A stretch of 63,798 bases of DNA, counting the filler, from Folioceros fuciformis (Eukaryota), in NCBI GenBank assembly GCA_049999805.1. It is 5 parts of 5 records of this genome, joined end to end, with 100 filler letters (N's around TTAATTAATTAA, not from the genome) between each part and the next. Parts side by side here need not be neighbours in the genome. Positions count along the whole stretch, not along the records: positions 1 to 21,924 come from JBNGIO010004599.1; positions 22,025 to 32,580 come from JBNGIO010004603.1; 3 more parts are not named here. The stretch is one strand, 5' to 3'. Made by a program: the position numbers and the translations under genes. Under the pieces are notes generated by a model. It saw nothing but the letters and a program-made list of their open reading frames with translations. It did not search any database and was not told the origin of the DNA. Below, piece by piece: positions 12,096-23,900 of this stretch. How positions within the stretch are numbered: the first letter of the stretch is position 1; each line of letters starts with the position of its first letter.

Positions 12096-13514
12096 CATCG
12101 TTGGGTTGGATAGGCTAGGAGTATGCATATATAGCTAAAGATTCATAAAATCATGTTGCGGGAAGGAGCTAGTTTTGTGTGTTTGTATCATGAGATGGGC
12201 ACTAATGTGCTTACTCCTACTTGAGTAGGGTAGCGCCTTCTATTTTGTATAAGTGCGCCTATATATTCCTCTGATCGTGATCGTGTTGGGTTGCAATCCT
12301 CCGATTCTATTTTGGCGANNNNNNNNNNTGATCGTGATCGTGTTGGGTTGCAATCCTCCGATTCTATTTTGGCGACCTTGGTGTATCCTGTTCCAAGTAA
12401 TGTTATGTTTCTTCCTATGAATCAGGCTCATCGTGTTCGCACCTAATTCATCTACTGGCCCCAGACGTTTCGCGGCACATTCCCAAGATTGTGGGGCTTC
12501 TAGCTCAAGCTCACAACCATTGTTGTCCTTGCTAAACTTCCCAAAGCTCATAGCCAATGGTTAGTCACCTTGTTTTCAAAGTTTGGCTTGGAGTTGTATT
12601 CAACCAAAGCTTCTTTTCAAATTGTATGGAGAACTCTCACAACTTTCTCAAAAGAGAAGAGAAGCAATGAGCTTGAATCCTATGACAAGATTGACTTTGA
12701 ATCCCATTACAAGAATGACAATATCTCTGAGATTCTTTGCTTAGAAACCAACTAGCTTAGTGTCCGACTCTTGGCTTTCAAACTTTTCCTATGCAGCTCC
12801 ACTTGCTGCACATCACATCTGCCTCTACCATGAAGAGGGCTATTGAAGCGACCTCCTACTACTGTATCTGATTCTGGTGTGTGAAGTGGTCCGAACTACG
12901 AGAGTCATCCATATGAATCTTCGAGTGTGTGTCACCCCATGTCGGCATTACATGGAACATGACGCGTACAAGGCAAACACAGCAATGTGCCAAACCGGCA
13001 GCCAGGTGTCCACCCCTAGGGGGACAGCGCAGTCGTGAAATGTGGAGTAATAAAGAGCGGGGTTCCTGCATGCTGTCGGCTGGCCGGAAGAGGGCGGGAA
13101 GCCAGAGTGAAGAGGAGCGTAACACAACGCGACTCTAAGTGAGCGAGCTAGGCTCGCCCCCTTCGTGCCTGCTCACGGGGTCCGTGCACCTACTGGGAGC
13201 AGATTGTCATCACGCACTGCAGCTCTCGAGGTTGCGGGGACCGGTGCTACAGGTGAGAGTGTGCCTGACGTCGTTTTGGGTTTCTGCACAGTCGTCCGCC
13301 GCCGGGCTCCAGTGCGAGCCTGAGCCTCCTGCTGCTGCGCTGCTGCTACAGCACAACACAGCACAGCAGTGCAGTGCATGCACGCTGGCAGGCGGCCGTA
13401 GGGGCTGGATACCTGGTCTCCCAGCTGCAATTGTGGCACCTCCTTTGTGCCACTTGTGGTCCTGCTCATTCTCGAAGCGCGTGTCTCAGGCTTGGCTGCA
13501 GGTGCTCGGCCTCC

Positions 13515-15542
13515 ATGTCCTCGGCGGAGGTGGCTAGCAGCTCGCGGCCCGACTGGCTGAACACGCTCAGGGACTTGGGCTTCTCAGAGGAGGAGGCGGA
13601 GGATGCACTTGTGGACTGCGATAAGAAAGGGCAGGAAACCACCGTGGAAGCCCTAGTGAATGCTGTACTGGACCGTCGGCAGCCGAGCAGCGAGTTTGGA
13701 GTCGGTCGGGATTCTGGCTTGTGCATTGAGTACGAGGATAAGAGTAACGATGGGAAGGAGGAGGAAGACGAGGAGCAGGAGGGGGAGGGGGAGGGGCAGG
13801 GGGAGGAGGAGGACATGGCGCTGCAGCGCCATGACCGAGGTGAGGTGAATGACCGAGTCATGGTAAAGGCGTGTAGCCAGCCCGATTACAGATGGCGCCA
13901 GCTGCGAGGGATGGGCTACGAGCGTGACCTTGTCAGCCTGGCATTAAGCAACAGCGGGGAAAGCGCGACCGTGGCGGATTTGGTGGATTGGCTGTCAGCT
14001 TACACGGTGAGTGACCTTCTTCCCACCAAGATGGCGGAGGAGGAGCAAGAGCAGGTCGACCCGGAGCCGCAGCCGGAGCCGGAAGATGGTGAAGCGCCGG
14101 GTGTAATTGAGGGCTTGAAGAAGATTCTTCCGTACGAGCTGTCTACTGATTACCAAGAACAGATTCTGAAGCACGGCTGTAAGGATGTGGCTGAGGCCCT
14201 GGACCTCATCGATGCTTTGCAATACCAGGAGAAGTTGGACGCGGCTGAAAGGCCCGGGACTTCACACACATCGGGCACTTTACCACTACTGGGCATGCCT
14301 TGCAGCAAGAACGGTATGGAGGACCCGTCCGAGTTCTGGGACTGCGAAGACGTAGACGCCTACGACTTGGGCTGTACCTCACCTCCAGGAGAAAGCGAGG
14401 AAGAGGAGCTCACAATATGTGTGACCAAGAGGAGAAAGACTGAAAAGCGTGGGCGCTCCACTGTCCTCACGTCCGAAAAGGAGGAGAAAGTTAAGGTGAA
14501 CAGCAAGGACGGCAAGACGGGATTTGGTGTGCCCGGCAGGGGATTCATTCCCAGGCAGATCGCGGAGAAGTCACTGGCTCAGGCACCTTACTTCTACTTC
14601 GAGAACGTGGCATCCATGCCTAAGGACCAGTGGGCCGAGATTACTCGCCATCTCTACAGCATCCAGCCTGAGTTTGTGGACTCCCTCCACTTCTCGGCTT
14701 GCAGACGGCCCAGAGGATATATCCACAACCTGCCCGTGGAAGGCAGGCAGCTCCTCATTCCGCCACCGCCTATGACTGTGCAGGAGTTGTTTCCGGAAAC
14801 GTGGGGCAGGCACTGGCCCGAGTGGGACCTCAGGCAGAAGCTCAACTGCATTGACACCAAGACAGCGTGTCATAGCATGGTGCAGCGGATGTCTCCCGTC
14901 ATCAACAGTGAGCGCCTCTCGGTTGATAAGGGCATGCAAGTGGAGGTTGTCAGGTTTTCCAAGAAATGGAACTTGGTGTGGACTGGCCCCAATCAGCTAT
15001 CCCCACTCGCATGCGAAGAGATGGAAATTAGTATGGGCTACGACGCTGGCCACACCAGAGGTGTGGTGAACAGGGTCGATCGGTGTAAAGCTATTGGAAA
15101 CAGCTTCCAGGTTAACACCGTTGCCTATCACCTATCGGTCCTCAAACCTCTTTATCCTGCAGGTATGAAAGTGATCTCCATTTTTGCCGGCATAGGAGGT
15201 GCGGAGGTTGCTCTGCATAAGATTGGCATCAAGTTGAACGTTCTGGTCAGTGTAGAAAAAGAAGACAAAGTCAGGCAAGTAGTTCGGAATTGGTGGGATG
15301 TGACAGAGCAACAGGGTATACTCGTCCATGATATCAAGGATGTGAAGGATTTGACCAGGGTGAAGATGGTGGCTCTCAGGGACAAATATGGCAAATTTGA
15401 TTTGCTCATCGGGGGAAGCCCCTGCAACAATCTCTCGGGCAATAACAGATATACTCGGACGGGGCTGCAGGGACCAGATTCATACTTGTTCCATGACTAC
15501 AAGCGTATTCTGTATGATTTTAGAGAGCTCATGCGAAACTAG
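13515..15542 (+). CDS. DRM: DOMAINS REARRANGED METHYLTRANSFERASE (DRM-type de novo cytosine-5 methyltransferase), intronless CDS, about 675 aa
   Basis: UBA-like segments (LRDLGFSEEEAEDAL; LRGMGYERDLV). Permuted motif order: YFYFENVA (VI), RPRGYIHNLP (VIII), GNSFQV (X), then SIFAGIGGAEVAL (I) and GGSPCNN (IV, catalytic Cys intact). Probable 5'UTR intron ~13252-13501. Confidence 0.95.
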   Translation: MSSAEVASSSRPDWLNTLRDLGFSEEEAEDALVDCDKKGQETTVEALVNAVLDRRQPSSEFGVGRDSGLCIEYEDKSNDGKEEEDEEQEGEGEGQGEEEDMALQRHDRGEVNDRVMVKACSQPDYRWRQLRGMGYERDLVSLALSNSGESATVADLVDWLSAYTVSDLLPTKMAEEEQEQVDPEPQPEPEDGEAPGVIEGLKKILPYELSTDYQEQILKHGCKDVAEALDLIDALQYQEKLDAAERPGTSHTSGTLPLLGMPCSKNGMEDPSEFWDCEDVDAYDLGCTSPPGESEEEELTICVTKRRKTEKRGRSTVLTSEKEEKVKVNSKDGKTGFGVPGRGFIPRQIAEKSLAQAPYFYFENVASMPKDQWAEITRHLYSIQPEFVDSLHFSACRRPRGYIHNLPVEGRQLLIPPPPMTVQELFPETWGRHWPEWDLRQKLNCIDTKTACHSMVQRMSPVINSERLSVDKGMQVEVVRFSKKWNLVWTGPNQLSPLACEEMEISMGYDAGHTRGVVNRVDRCKAIGNSFQVNTVAYHLSVLKPLYPAGMKVISIFAGIGGAEVALHKIGIKLNVLVSVEKEDKVRQVVRNWWDVTEQQGILVHDIKDVKDLTRVKMVALRDKYGKFDLLIGGSPCNNLSGNNRYTRTGLQGPDSYLFHDYKRILYDFRELMRN

Positions 15543-17657
15543 AACATGGCTGAAGCGGGGTATTTTGAAAATTTTGAAAAAAAAAAAACTTCAAATATGG
15601 GTGAGGCGGAAATCACAGGAAGGATANNNNNNNNNNNNNNNNNNNNNNNNNNNNNNNNNNNNNNNNNNNNNNNNNNNNNNNNNNNNNNNNNNNNNNNNNN
15701 NNNNNNNNNNNNNNNNNNNNNNNNNNAGATTATGTTTCGGATCGTTCTCTCATGTAAGTTGAAAGCTTTTCGTGCGTGGCTTCGTGTTTTGGATGTAGTG
15801 GCTTTTCCTCATGTAGTCTTTTGTGCTGTGATCTGCTGCAGGACTAGAACCGCTAGTTAGAAGCGGGCAGGCATTTTTGCGTAGGTATTGCAATGGTCAC
15901 GTTTTCAAGTTTGCACTATACTACTCAATTCGGGAGCAAATTCGTTTAGGAGAGTCTCTGAACCGGCAAAGCTCGGACAGGGCTACTGAGAAAGCAACTC
16001 TATTAAATTTCCAGATCAGCGAGATACTGGGAGGATAGATGCGGTCACTGAGAACAGCTTGCAGAAAATTAAATAGACGGATGGCTGAGGACACTGAAAA
16101 CAGCAGTCCAGGGAGAAAAAATAAGTCCCATTCTCACCGGACGTGTCACATGATGTTTCCCACTTGGATGATAGGAAGCTGGGACACCGTTAGGATGTTT
16201 TTCATTCAACAAGCACGGCAGATGATTCCACGCGGTTGACAACAGCCAACGGAGCTCACTTGTAACTGCAGTGCAGAGGGGTTAACAACATCTATTCCAG
16301 AAGCACTGGTCCACAGCAGTCTCCAATGACGGACGAGAGAACGGTTCCTTCACGACAAAATGAAAAACATACGTTGAGCCAAGTAAACGTGATGCCGTTA
16401 AAGTGAGGGCTAAGTCCCGCTAACCCTACATAAGAACAACGACACCAAGGTAAGCATGTTTGTTGCGCAACTGAACGAAGACTGTGGCAGATTCAGAGTG
16501 TCCATGTGAAATCCTACAACAGGTCACATGCAACATCTCCTAGCTCTTTCGGACGGCTGCTTGACAGAGAAACTCTGCCAAATGCTACGGTCATGACCGC
16601 ACCGCCACTTCAGCTAAACTTGGAGCCCTAGAAGCAACCAAACCAACGTCCTGTCTGCAGCGCAAGAAGTAATCAGATCAGTCAAGGTCCCTCAGTTGTG
16701 AATGAGGATAGGGGCCATTTCTACGCACTTCACATGCTGAGACTCCAATGCCTTTCGCTCAAACTTCAACCGTGATGTCGCCTTTGTCCAACCTATCGTA
16801 AAATTCCTCAACCTTCCGCCGCTCATTCACGTGATGCATCTTCCAAAAGCTCGCTCCTGAACCACCGTCCGAGGTCAGGTGCATTCGGGACGGACAGCAG
16901 AAAGCAGACTGCATGGAGGAGGCTTACCGAAGACACCGAGAACAGTTCCGTAGAAGATCTCCATGACAAGATTTGGCTTGGCCTTGGTCGCATTCGACAC
17001 CACCGCGTGGACATGCTTCGCTCCCGCCATGGCTCACACTGTTGCTGACTATTTGCCTCTCGACTTGCAGACGACAACAAGAGACTCGGAGAGGTAGAGG
17101 AAATGAAAGGAAGAATGCGGAAAGTTTCTCAAAAAACCCCCGAGGCACGGCACGACGTGCGTTGCGAGGGCTAAGTCTGACGTCAATATAACTATAAAAC
17201 AGAGGAGTTCCTCCGGCGCCGGGCCCCAAATTTCAAGAAAAATCTGCACATCGTATGCACATAGGCTATATATGTAAGCAACTTAGGGGAGCTGGGGTTA
17301 TTAGTTCTCGCACGGTTTGCGAGCTCTGCATCACTTCTCACTTCTTCCCTCCGCACGCGACACTGATTGTCTGCGGCTCTTTCTTCGTTGCGCCCGGATT
17401 TCTACTCGGGACCTCTGATATCCTGCCTGCTAGCGGAGGTCCATTTCCTGCTTGTTTGCATCTCGATTTTTTCCTGCGTTATTGTTTGAGATCGCGTCAA
17501 CGTTCTGCGCGCTGTTTGTGTCTGGATCTGCTTTCGGATCTGCCTAGTGATGCAGGTGGCGGCGTCCTTTTCTGTCCCGCAACTGCTACTGCTGTAATTT
17601 CTGAGAATTCTGCCTCGTTGCGCTCAGGAATTTTTAAGCTGGTTATCTTGCGGCGAG

Positions 17658-18823
17658 ATGGAGCAGAGCAACGGCAGCGAGGCAAGCCACAACCAAGATG
17701 GTTTGAAGAAGAACAGGATACAGGTTTCCAACACGAAGAAGCCTCTCTTCTTCTATGTCAATCTTGCCAAGGTAAGGCTCCTTCCTCGGCGCTGTAGTGT
17801 CTGATGAGTCCTGGATTGTTATGCGTTACTTGTGGAGGATGTAGCGTGGCAGGCGTCTTAATTGTGTTGCCGACAGCGATTAGCTGCTGGCGTCTTTGGC
17901 AGTTCCTTCGGGAACTGAGGGTTGATGAAGAACGATTGTCACCCCAAGCTGGACTGGGGATTCTAGCAGTAGGGCTCTTAGCATCTGTTGATGGTGTGTA
18001 GTGGTAATTAAGTGGCCAGCGTCAGGTGAGCTTACGTGTTACGGTTGTTTGAGGTTCTGTCAACAGGTGTTGTAGAGAGTTTTTGTTCTTGTAGCCGAGA
18101 GTTAGGCACTGCTAGCAGGTCCTGTATTTTGTGCCTAGTGCCTTGTCCTCCAGCTTTCCGGCTTGGCTTGTTGTTGCAGAGATTCATGCAGCAGTATGAG
18201 GAGGTGGAGCTCTCCGCTCTTGGAATGGGTGAGTATTTTTCATTGCTGATCTCTTTGTTTCCGAGATGCTGCGTTCCGTAAGCCTATGTCGTGGCAGGGA
18301 AAAGCATTTCTGTCAAGGATGCTGGTCTGCGATCATGACTGTTTTTGTGGATGTATTTCCTCCGGTAAATCGTTTGCTAGGAGTCTGACTTGTTTCTTAC
18401 GGTTGGCAGCTATTGCGACTGTGGTGACTGTTGTGGAGATCCTCAAGAACAATGGATTGGCGGTGGAGAAAAGTAGGTTTTGTTTGGTGGTTTCCGTTCT
18501 GTCGTTGGTGTGGCCAGGGTTGAAATAGATTTAGCGTTCCTGACTTGTTTGGGATGTTCTGTTCACCTTGCAGAGATTTTCACGTCTACAATCGACATGG
18601 GTGACGAGGCGAGGGGCCGTCCTGTGCAAAAAGCCAAGGTCTGCCTGCCGTACCGGTTATTTCGTAACAGCGGTATGCTCTCTTTAGACCGTTGTTTGTG
18701 GACTGAGGTGGGGTTGGCTGGCACTTCTATCAGATGGAGATCGTTTTGGGGAAGTCCGAACAGTTCGACGAGCTCATGGCAGCCTCGGCTGAGGAGAATG
18801 GGTCCCCGAACCAGACCGAATGA
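17658..18823 (+). CDS. Alba-domain nucleic-acid-binding protein (short, At2g34160-like), 5 exons
   Basis: Spliced translation KKNRIQVSNTKKPLFFYVNLAK / RFMQQYEEVELSALGMA / IATVVTVVEILKNNGLAVEKK / IFTSTIDMGDEARGRPVQKAK / MEIVLGKSEQFDELMAA, with GT-AG introns. Confidence 0.93.
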
Positions 18824-19172
18824 GCGAAGTAGTACTCTGGACTGTGTAGCATAGATTCATTTTAGACTGCAGAGTTTGGGTTGAGGTACTTCATGATTTG
18901 CATGGGCTTACTCCGAGCAAGTTTGTCCAACTTTGGCTGGTAGCCTGGCATCTGATTTCCGGCCATGGCTTGACCTGCGAAACTTAAAACCAGACTACGA
19001 TAGTCAGAACTTGCAACATCGACTGAGGCCGTAGGTTGTGAAACCTAAGATAACGACATGTTTGATCCGGGAACCCTAGAGCTTTGACGGGTATTGATAA
19101 CTAAGGTGTTTCGCCCTAACCCTACCATTCTGTTCGCCGACAGACTGACGAACATGTGCTAGCATTAACTCA

Positions 19173-21671
19173 TCAGTGCCAGACAATATCCCCCATAAAT
19201 GTCAAGGCAGGGATGCCTCGTATTTCCAAGTCGAACAAGGGAGCCTCTATGATTTCTAAGTCCGCAAGATTGACATCGCTTCTGACGATGTCTAGAGCCT
19301 TCTTTTGATCCTGTAGTACAGTAGGCCAACAAGTGGAACAGTTCAAGAAGTATCTAAGACAAACTTATGGCATAAATGGCTAACCACACGCAAGGTTCCA
19401 GGGGAGTGGTCACACCTTGCGCTTCATGGCGCAGAACTTGCAGTCTGACGTCGCAGGAGGAAGAAGCTGATTGACAATCACTCTCTTCACACGCACCCCT
19501 TCCTTCTTCAGTGATTGTCGCAGCCGGGAGCTCTCACTCACAGCCATCACCTGCGGCCACCCATTTTAAGTTTATACAATTACACGAAGGAGGTGCTACG
19601 CAAGACAATCATCAGATCGGAGACGCTTAACTGTGGGAATTGTAACGATGACAAACTCTGTTGCTTCCTGATCTCGAAATATTTCCCTGACCATGACCAT
19701 CCTCTCTCTCAGTGTCTGCAACTTATCCGCCTGCCGACAAACAACCAGTCGTTACCAGGTGCAAAGAAATGGCCCCTGTTGCTGTGTCTCAAGAGATGCG
19801 TCCAGGAAGACGAGAACTGCATACCGCATTGTCAACGGCTCCGTCACTCTGACCGAAAAGTGACTTCACAGCAGCAGTTGCTGATGAGATTTTCTGCTTG
19901 AGCTGGTGAGAGACGACGACTCGAGAATGATTTAGATGGGAACCATGACTTCAACCTACAGTTGACTCACCTATTCTTGGTCTGCCCAATCAACGCACCT
20001 TCAAGATCTTCCCGATCGATGCATCGAGGAAATCAGGGAGGGACAGAAGCCGAAGGGTATGACCCTGCGCAAGCGGGAGAGAACTACAAGTCATGGATCA
20101 TGGAAGTTACATTCAGCAAAAAGCCAAACGGAAGCACAGCATGAAATATTACCGTGGGAGCTGTGTCAAAAATAATGCGGGTGAATCGACTGTACTCTGG
20201 GTTTTGCACAAACTGAACTACCTGCATTTGGGGAGTACTGGACAGCAATGCTCAGAATCCAGCTTGAATTGAATAGCCAAGGAGACTGTAAACCGTTTCA
20301 GTCTTGAAGAATACCTACCTTTGATATGGCTATGGCTTCGTCCAGTCCAGGGGGTGGTGTATCAAGTAGCTCACCGAGCTTTAGCTCACTTAACTTAGCA
20401 ACAAACACCACAGCATGGGAAAGCACATTAAACTTGTTGTCCAGAGGACCGATAGCACCATCATTTGAGTGCAAAGCACAAGCTTGCGCATAATCTGGTC
20501 TTGATTTCCTACCTGTTCTACCCAGCCACCAAGGCCCATGCTGTCCATAAAGTCCTTGACACCAGTGCCTCCATCCTTCGACGCAGAAGAGCGAAATTCC
20601 TCTCTGGCTTGTTCAGGGTTTATCTACATTGCAAGTTTGTGGACAATTCAAACTTCAGAAGACAGAAGCCAGCCTACAAAGACAAACACTCCAAACGGAA
20701 TAAGACAACCTGGTAACAAGAGTGCATTCACAGCATCCAGCACAGTGCCCACCTCCATTGCGTAGAGAGGAAGATCTGGACCTTCAACTCGCACAATCGT
20801 CCCACCAGTCAGATCCTGCACACATGCAAGTCCTGCTCACTACCTCGCACAGTGACCACTTCCCCGTGACGATTATCAGCACGTAGGTTCCACGTACCTG
20901 TGCAAACGAGTCGCTGAGAGAATGGGCAGGATCAGTGGAAACCACAAGAGTGGGGTGACCATTGTTTGCAAACTTCACGGCAAGAGATGCTGCGAGACTC
21001 GTCTTCCCGACACCCCCCTTGCCTCCTAGCATGTAGTATTTTCTGGCAGTACCAGCTACCATCTTGTCAAAGCCCGTTTCCTTTTCCACAGTGTCCGCCA
21101 CAGCCCTGACTGCAATCCAACAAATAAAAGCGTTGGAGCAAGCACGTGTGTCCCACAGCTAACAGACCGGCACCACTGTCGTACGCTACACGGCGGTCAT
21201 GTAGGGGTCGCTAGAATGCCGAATTCCTTTAGAGTTACACAATTCTGCTTGCAATTAGAAAGTGCATGCACAACCCACACGACCACACGTCCCCAGGTCG
21301 AACAGAAGGAGTAGCAGCACGACCAGTAGCTCACCATCGTACAGCAGATGAGATACCCTGGATTTGGGGCCACTCTGGCTCTGAATTCGCAACTGCGATC
21401 CCGCAATCTCCGAAAATGTCCAGGAGGAGGAGGTGCAGTCACGAATCCGGGACAATCGCCCACAATCCCAACCTGCTCCGGGTGGGAAAATTCTGCTGCC
21501 ATATCCTTCGCGCAGATTGCTGAATCTACCATTCAGGGTGGAAGATGCTGCAGGAGCAACATACGCAGATGCTAACTTGTGCCACGACGAACTTGCTGGC
21601 GACAATGTGGTGGCCAGGGTCGCGCATGAAGAGGAGATGGGTGACCGCAAGAGCAGCGCTACTTCAGCCAT
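19173..21671 (-). CDS. GET3b: GET3b/c-type ArsA-family ATPase with N-terminal organellar transit peptide, multi-exon
   Basis: Ser/Ala-rich N-terminus; [10 protein letters not shown]-loop; [33 protein letters not shown]-terminal [23 protein letters not shown]. Confidence 0.92.
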
Positions 21672-21924
21672 TGTGTCCACGACTGGAGTTCTTCCACACA
21701 AACGATTGCCACCGGTAAGGTCGTTCTGCCTTCCACCTACATGCTAGGGCTCTCCGTGTTCGTGTCTCGTGCCTCCGCAAGGTTCTGGGTTTTTGCTACT
21801 ATATCCGCATCCACAACTGTATACATATAGGTACATACGCTGTATATGTATGTGCATTGTACATATATAGAAAGTTCTTAACAAGTCAGTTGTTGTTATT
21901 TGTAGTGTCTCAGGGCTATATATG

Positions 21925-22024
21925 NNNNNNNNNNNNNNNNNNNNNNNNNNNNNNNNNNNNNNNNNNNNTTAATTAATTAANNNNNNNNNNNNNNNNNNNN
22001 NNNNNNNNNNNNNNNNNNNNNNNN
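21925..22024. other. Artificial contig linker N44-TTAATTAATTAA-N44 (also at 32581-32680, 42480-42579, 51229-51328)
   Basis: Identical 12-mer with stops in all six frames, centred in 100-bp N blocks, four times. Confidence 0.9.
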
Positions 22025-22966
22025 GCCCTGTCCTGCCCTGCCCCATGACACGAAGAGATGCAAGTGGGCAGTGCGAAATGGGGCGCAACACAACGTGGCC
22101 AGCGTTGGGATTATGTCCGTGACCTGCACTCGCGCTTGCACCTGCTCGCATGTTTCCGTGGCACGTGCTCACCTTGGCCTTTGCCCGTCAAATGGTGCTG
22201 TTTCTTTCCGTTTTCTGTTGAGCATCTTGTCATTTCGGGCGTCACCAGCACAGGCAGAGGCGGAGGCACGCTAGCCACGCCTCCTCCCGCCTCCCTTTCA
22301 CCAATATATATAAGTAATTCCTACTTCCCAAACTTGTGGTGCTGCTTCCACCCACCAACACAACCCAAATAAAATTTGTTATTATTAATTATATATAAGG
22401 TTGGGATCACAGCCACGACAGTGGTGGAAAGCCCAGCCCAAGCAGCTGTTGTGACAAGGAGGAAGTAATCATATAAAAAGTTGTAATAGATATATATATA
22501 CATATAATAGCTGAAGATCAAGGAGAAAACTGCCTGGAGTGCATAGTTCTGGCAATCTTTAGGGATGCTAGTCTGTGAGCGCATTAAAGGTTCCAATGAT
22601 GTGCAAGCTTTTGTTGCCTAGTGTTATGTTCAGCCAACTATGGAATATCGATTCAAACACAACCTAGACACGAGTGTTTTCTTGGAATACATATCTTATA
22701 TGAGAATATATGGTAGAATCTATTATAGATTCTTGTACTAAACATAGTCGCTTCATGGGACCTACATGTACACCATAGAGAACTTTTTTTTCATCATTGT
22801 AACAGGCATGTGGACCGATACGGACACGTACGATGTTTTTTATTTGGGTTAATCTACCCTCATCATAAACAATCATAAAAAAATCAGAATAAAACATATT
22901 GGGGGTTCGTAGGGTTAGGGTTTGGTAGTGTTTCAAAGATGTACTGATTGACACCGCCGTCAGACC

Positions 22967-23046
22967 CTCATGGCGAGCGAAAGACAAGTTGTCTGCCATA
23001 GGTGGCCTCATGGCGAGTAAGAGACAAGTTGTCTGCCATAGGTGGC
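22967..23046. repeat. 40-bp tandem duplication
   Basis: CCTCATGGCGAG..AGACAAGTTGTCTGCCATAGGTGG, two copies. Confidence 0.8.
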
Positions 23047-23309
23047 ACCTCACCATGGATGCATAGGTGTGTCATCCTTCTCCTCTCTAGAGGAACACAC
23101 CTCATAGTAGGAGAGTAGCACCACCTCTTCCGCACCCTCCTAGTTGGCAAGATGCTAAACCCGAAACTTTGATTTGCATCACAATCCCGCCAGCTGTCTT
23201 GCTCTACACCATTGCGTGAGTCCCCGAATATTATCACATGGAATGGATCCTAACATGAGGGATAAAATATTATCACAAAATAGGTGTCCCCAATCGAGAC
23301 ACCTACTTT

Positions 23310-23705
23310 ACGCACTGCAACTGAAGCGGGCATATTTGTTACGCCTAAAATGTTTGGACTGTATACCTCCACGGTAAAGTTTGCAGCTGAAGTGGCTACA
23401 TTTGTTATACCTATGGACCGTATACCGCTGCGGTAAAGTTTGCAGCTGAAGCAGCCACATTTGTTATACCTAAAATGTTTGGACCATATATTGCTGCGGT
23501 AAAGTTTGCGACTGAATTGGGCACATTTGTTACGCCCAAAATGTTTGGACTGTAAACCACCATGGTAAAGTTTGCGACTGAAGTGGGCACACATTTATTA
23601 CGCCCAAAATGTTTGGACCGTATACCGCCGCGATAAAGTTTGCTACTTAAGTGGGCACATTTGTTACGCCCAAAATGTTTGGACCGTATACCGTTGTGGT
23701 AAAGT
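23310..23705. repeat. About 66-bp minisatellite, about 6 copies
   Basis: Unit approximately AAAGTTTGCGACTGAAGTGGGCACATTTGTTACGCCCAAAATGTTTGGACCGTATACCGCCGCGGT; period 66 (23501 to 23567). Confidence 0.9.
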
Positions 23706-23748
23706 TGGTGTGAAAGTTAGCCTGATTCATAGCCAACTACAATAACCA

Positions 23749-23900
23749 GATCTATGAGAATTTTAAGTGATTAAAAAAAAAAGAAGAAGAATGGGACATC
23801 ATTAATATACATATACGTATTTAACCATATCTATGAGAATTTTAAGTGATTTAAAAAAAAAATAAGAATGGGACATCATTAATATACACATACGTATTTA
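23749..23900. repeat. About 81-bp tandem duplication, AT-rich
   Basis: ATCTATGAGAATTTTAAGTGAT...AAGAATGGGACATCATTAATATAC.ATACGTATTTA, two copies. Confidence 0.8.

Noticed and set aside
12270-12378. Direct repeats flanking 10-N gaps (also near 35444-35547 and 58744-58850)
   Set aside because: Typical unmerged contig-end overlaps, so likely assembly artefacts.
13374-13514. N-terminal extension of the DRM ORF from GTG 13374
   Set aside because: Non-ATG start lying in a probable 5'UTR intron; ATG 13515 is more plausible.
18823-19173. Alba/GET3b convergent overlap as a cis-antisense system
   Set aside because: Short spacing between convergent genes is common in compact genomes, and no transcript evidence is available.
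21969-21980. Recurrent TTAATTAATTAA palindrome as a biological motif
   Set aside because: It is always centred in N blocks; this is a standard six-frame-stop assembly spacer.
23310-23705. CRISPR-like array (also considered for 37550-37705 and 53376-53570)
   Set aside because: Units are contiguous tandem copies without unique spacers, the context is eukaryotic, and there are no cas genes.
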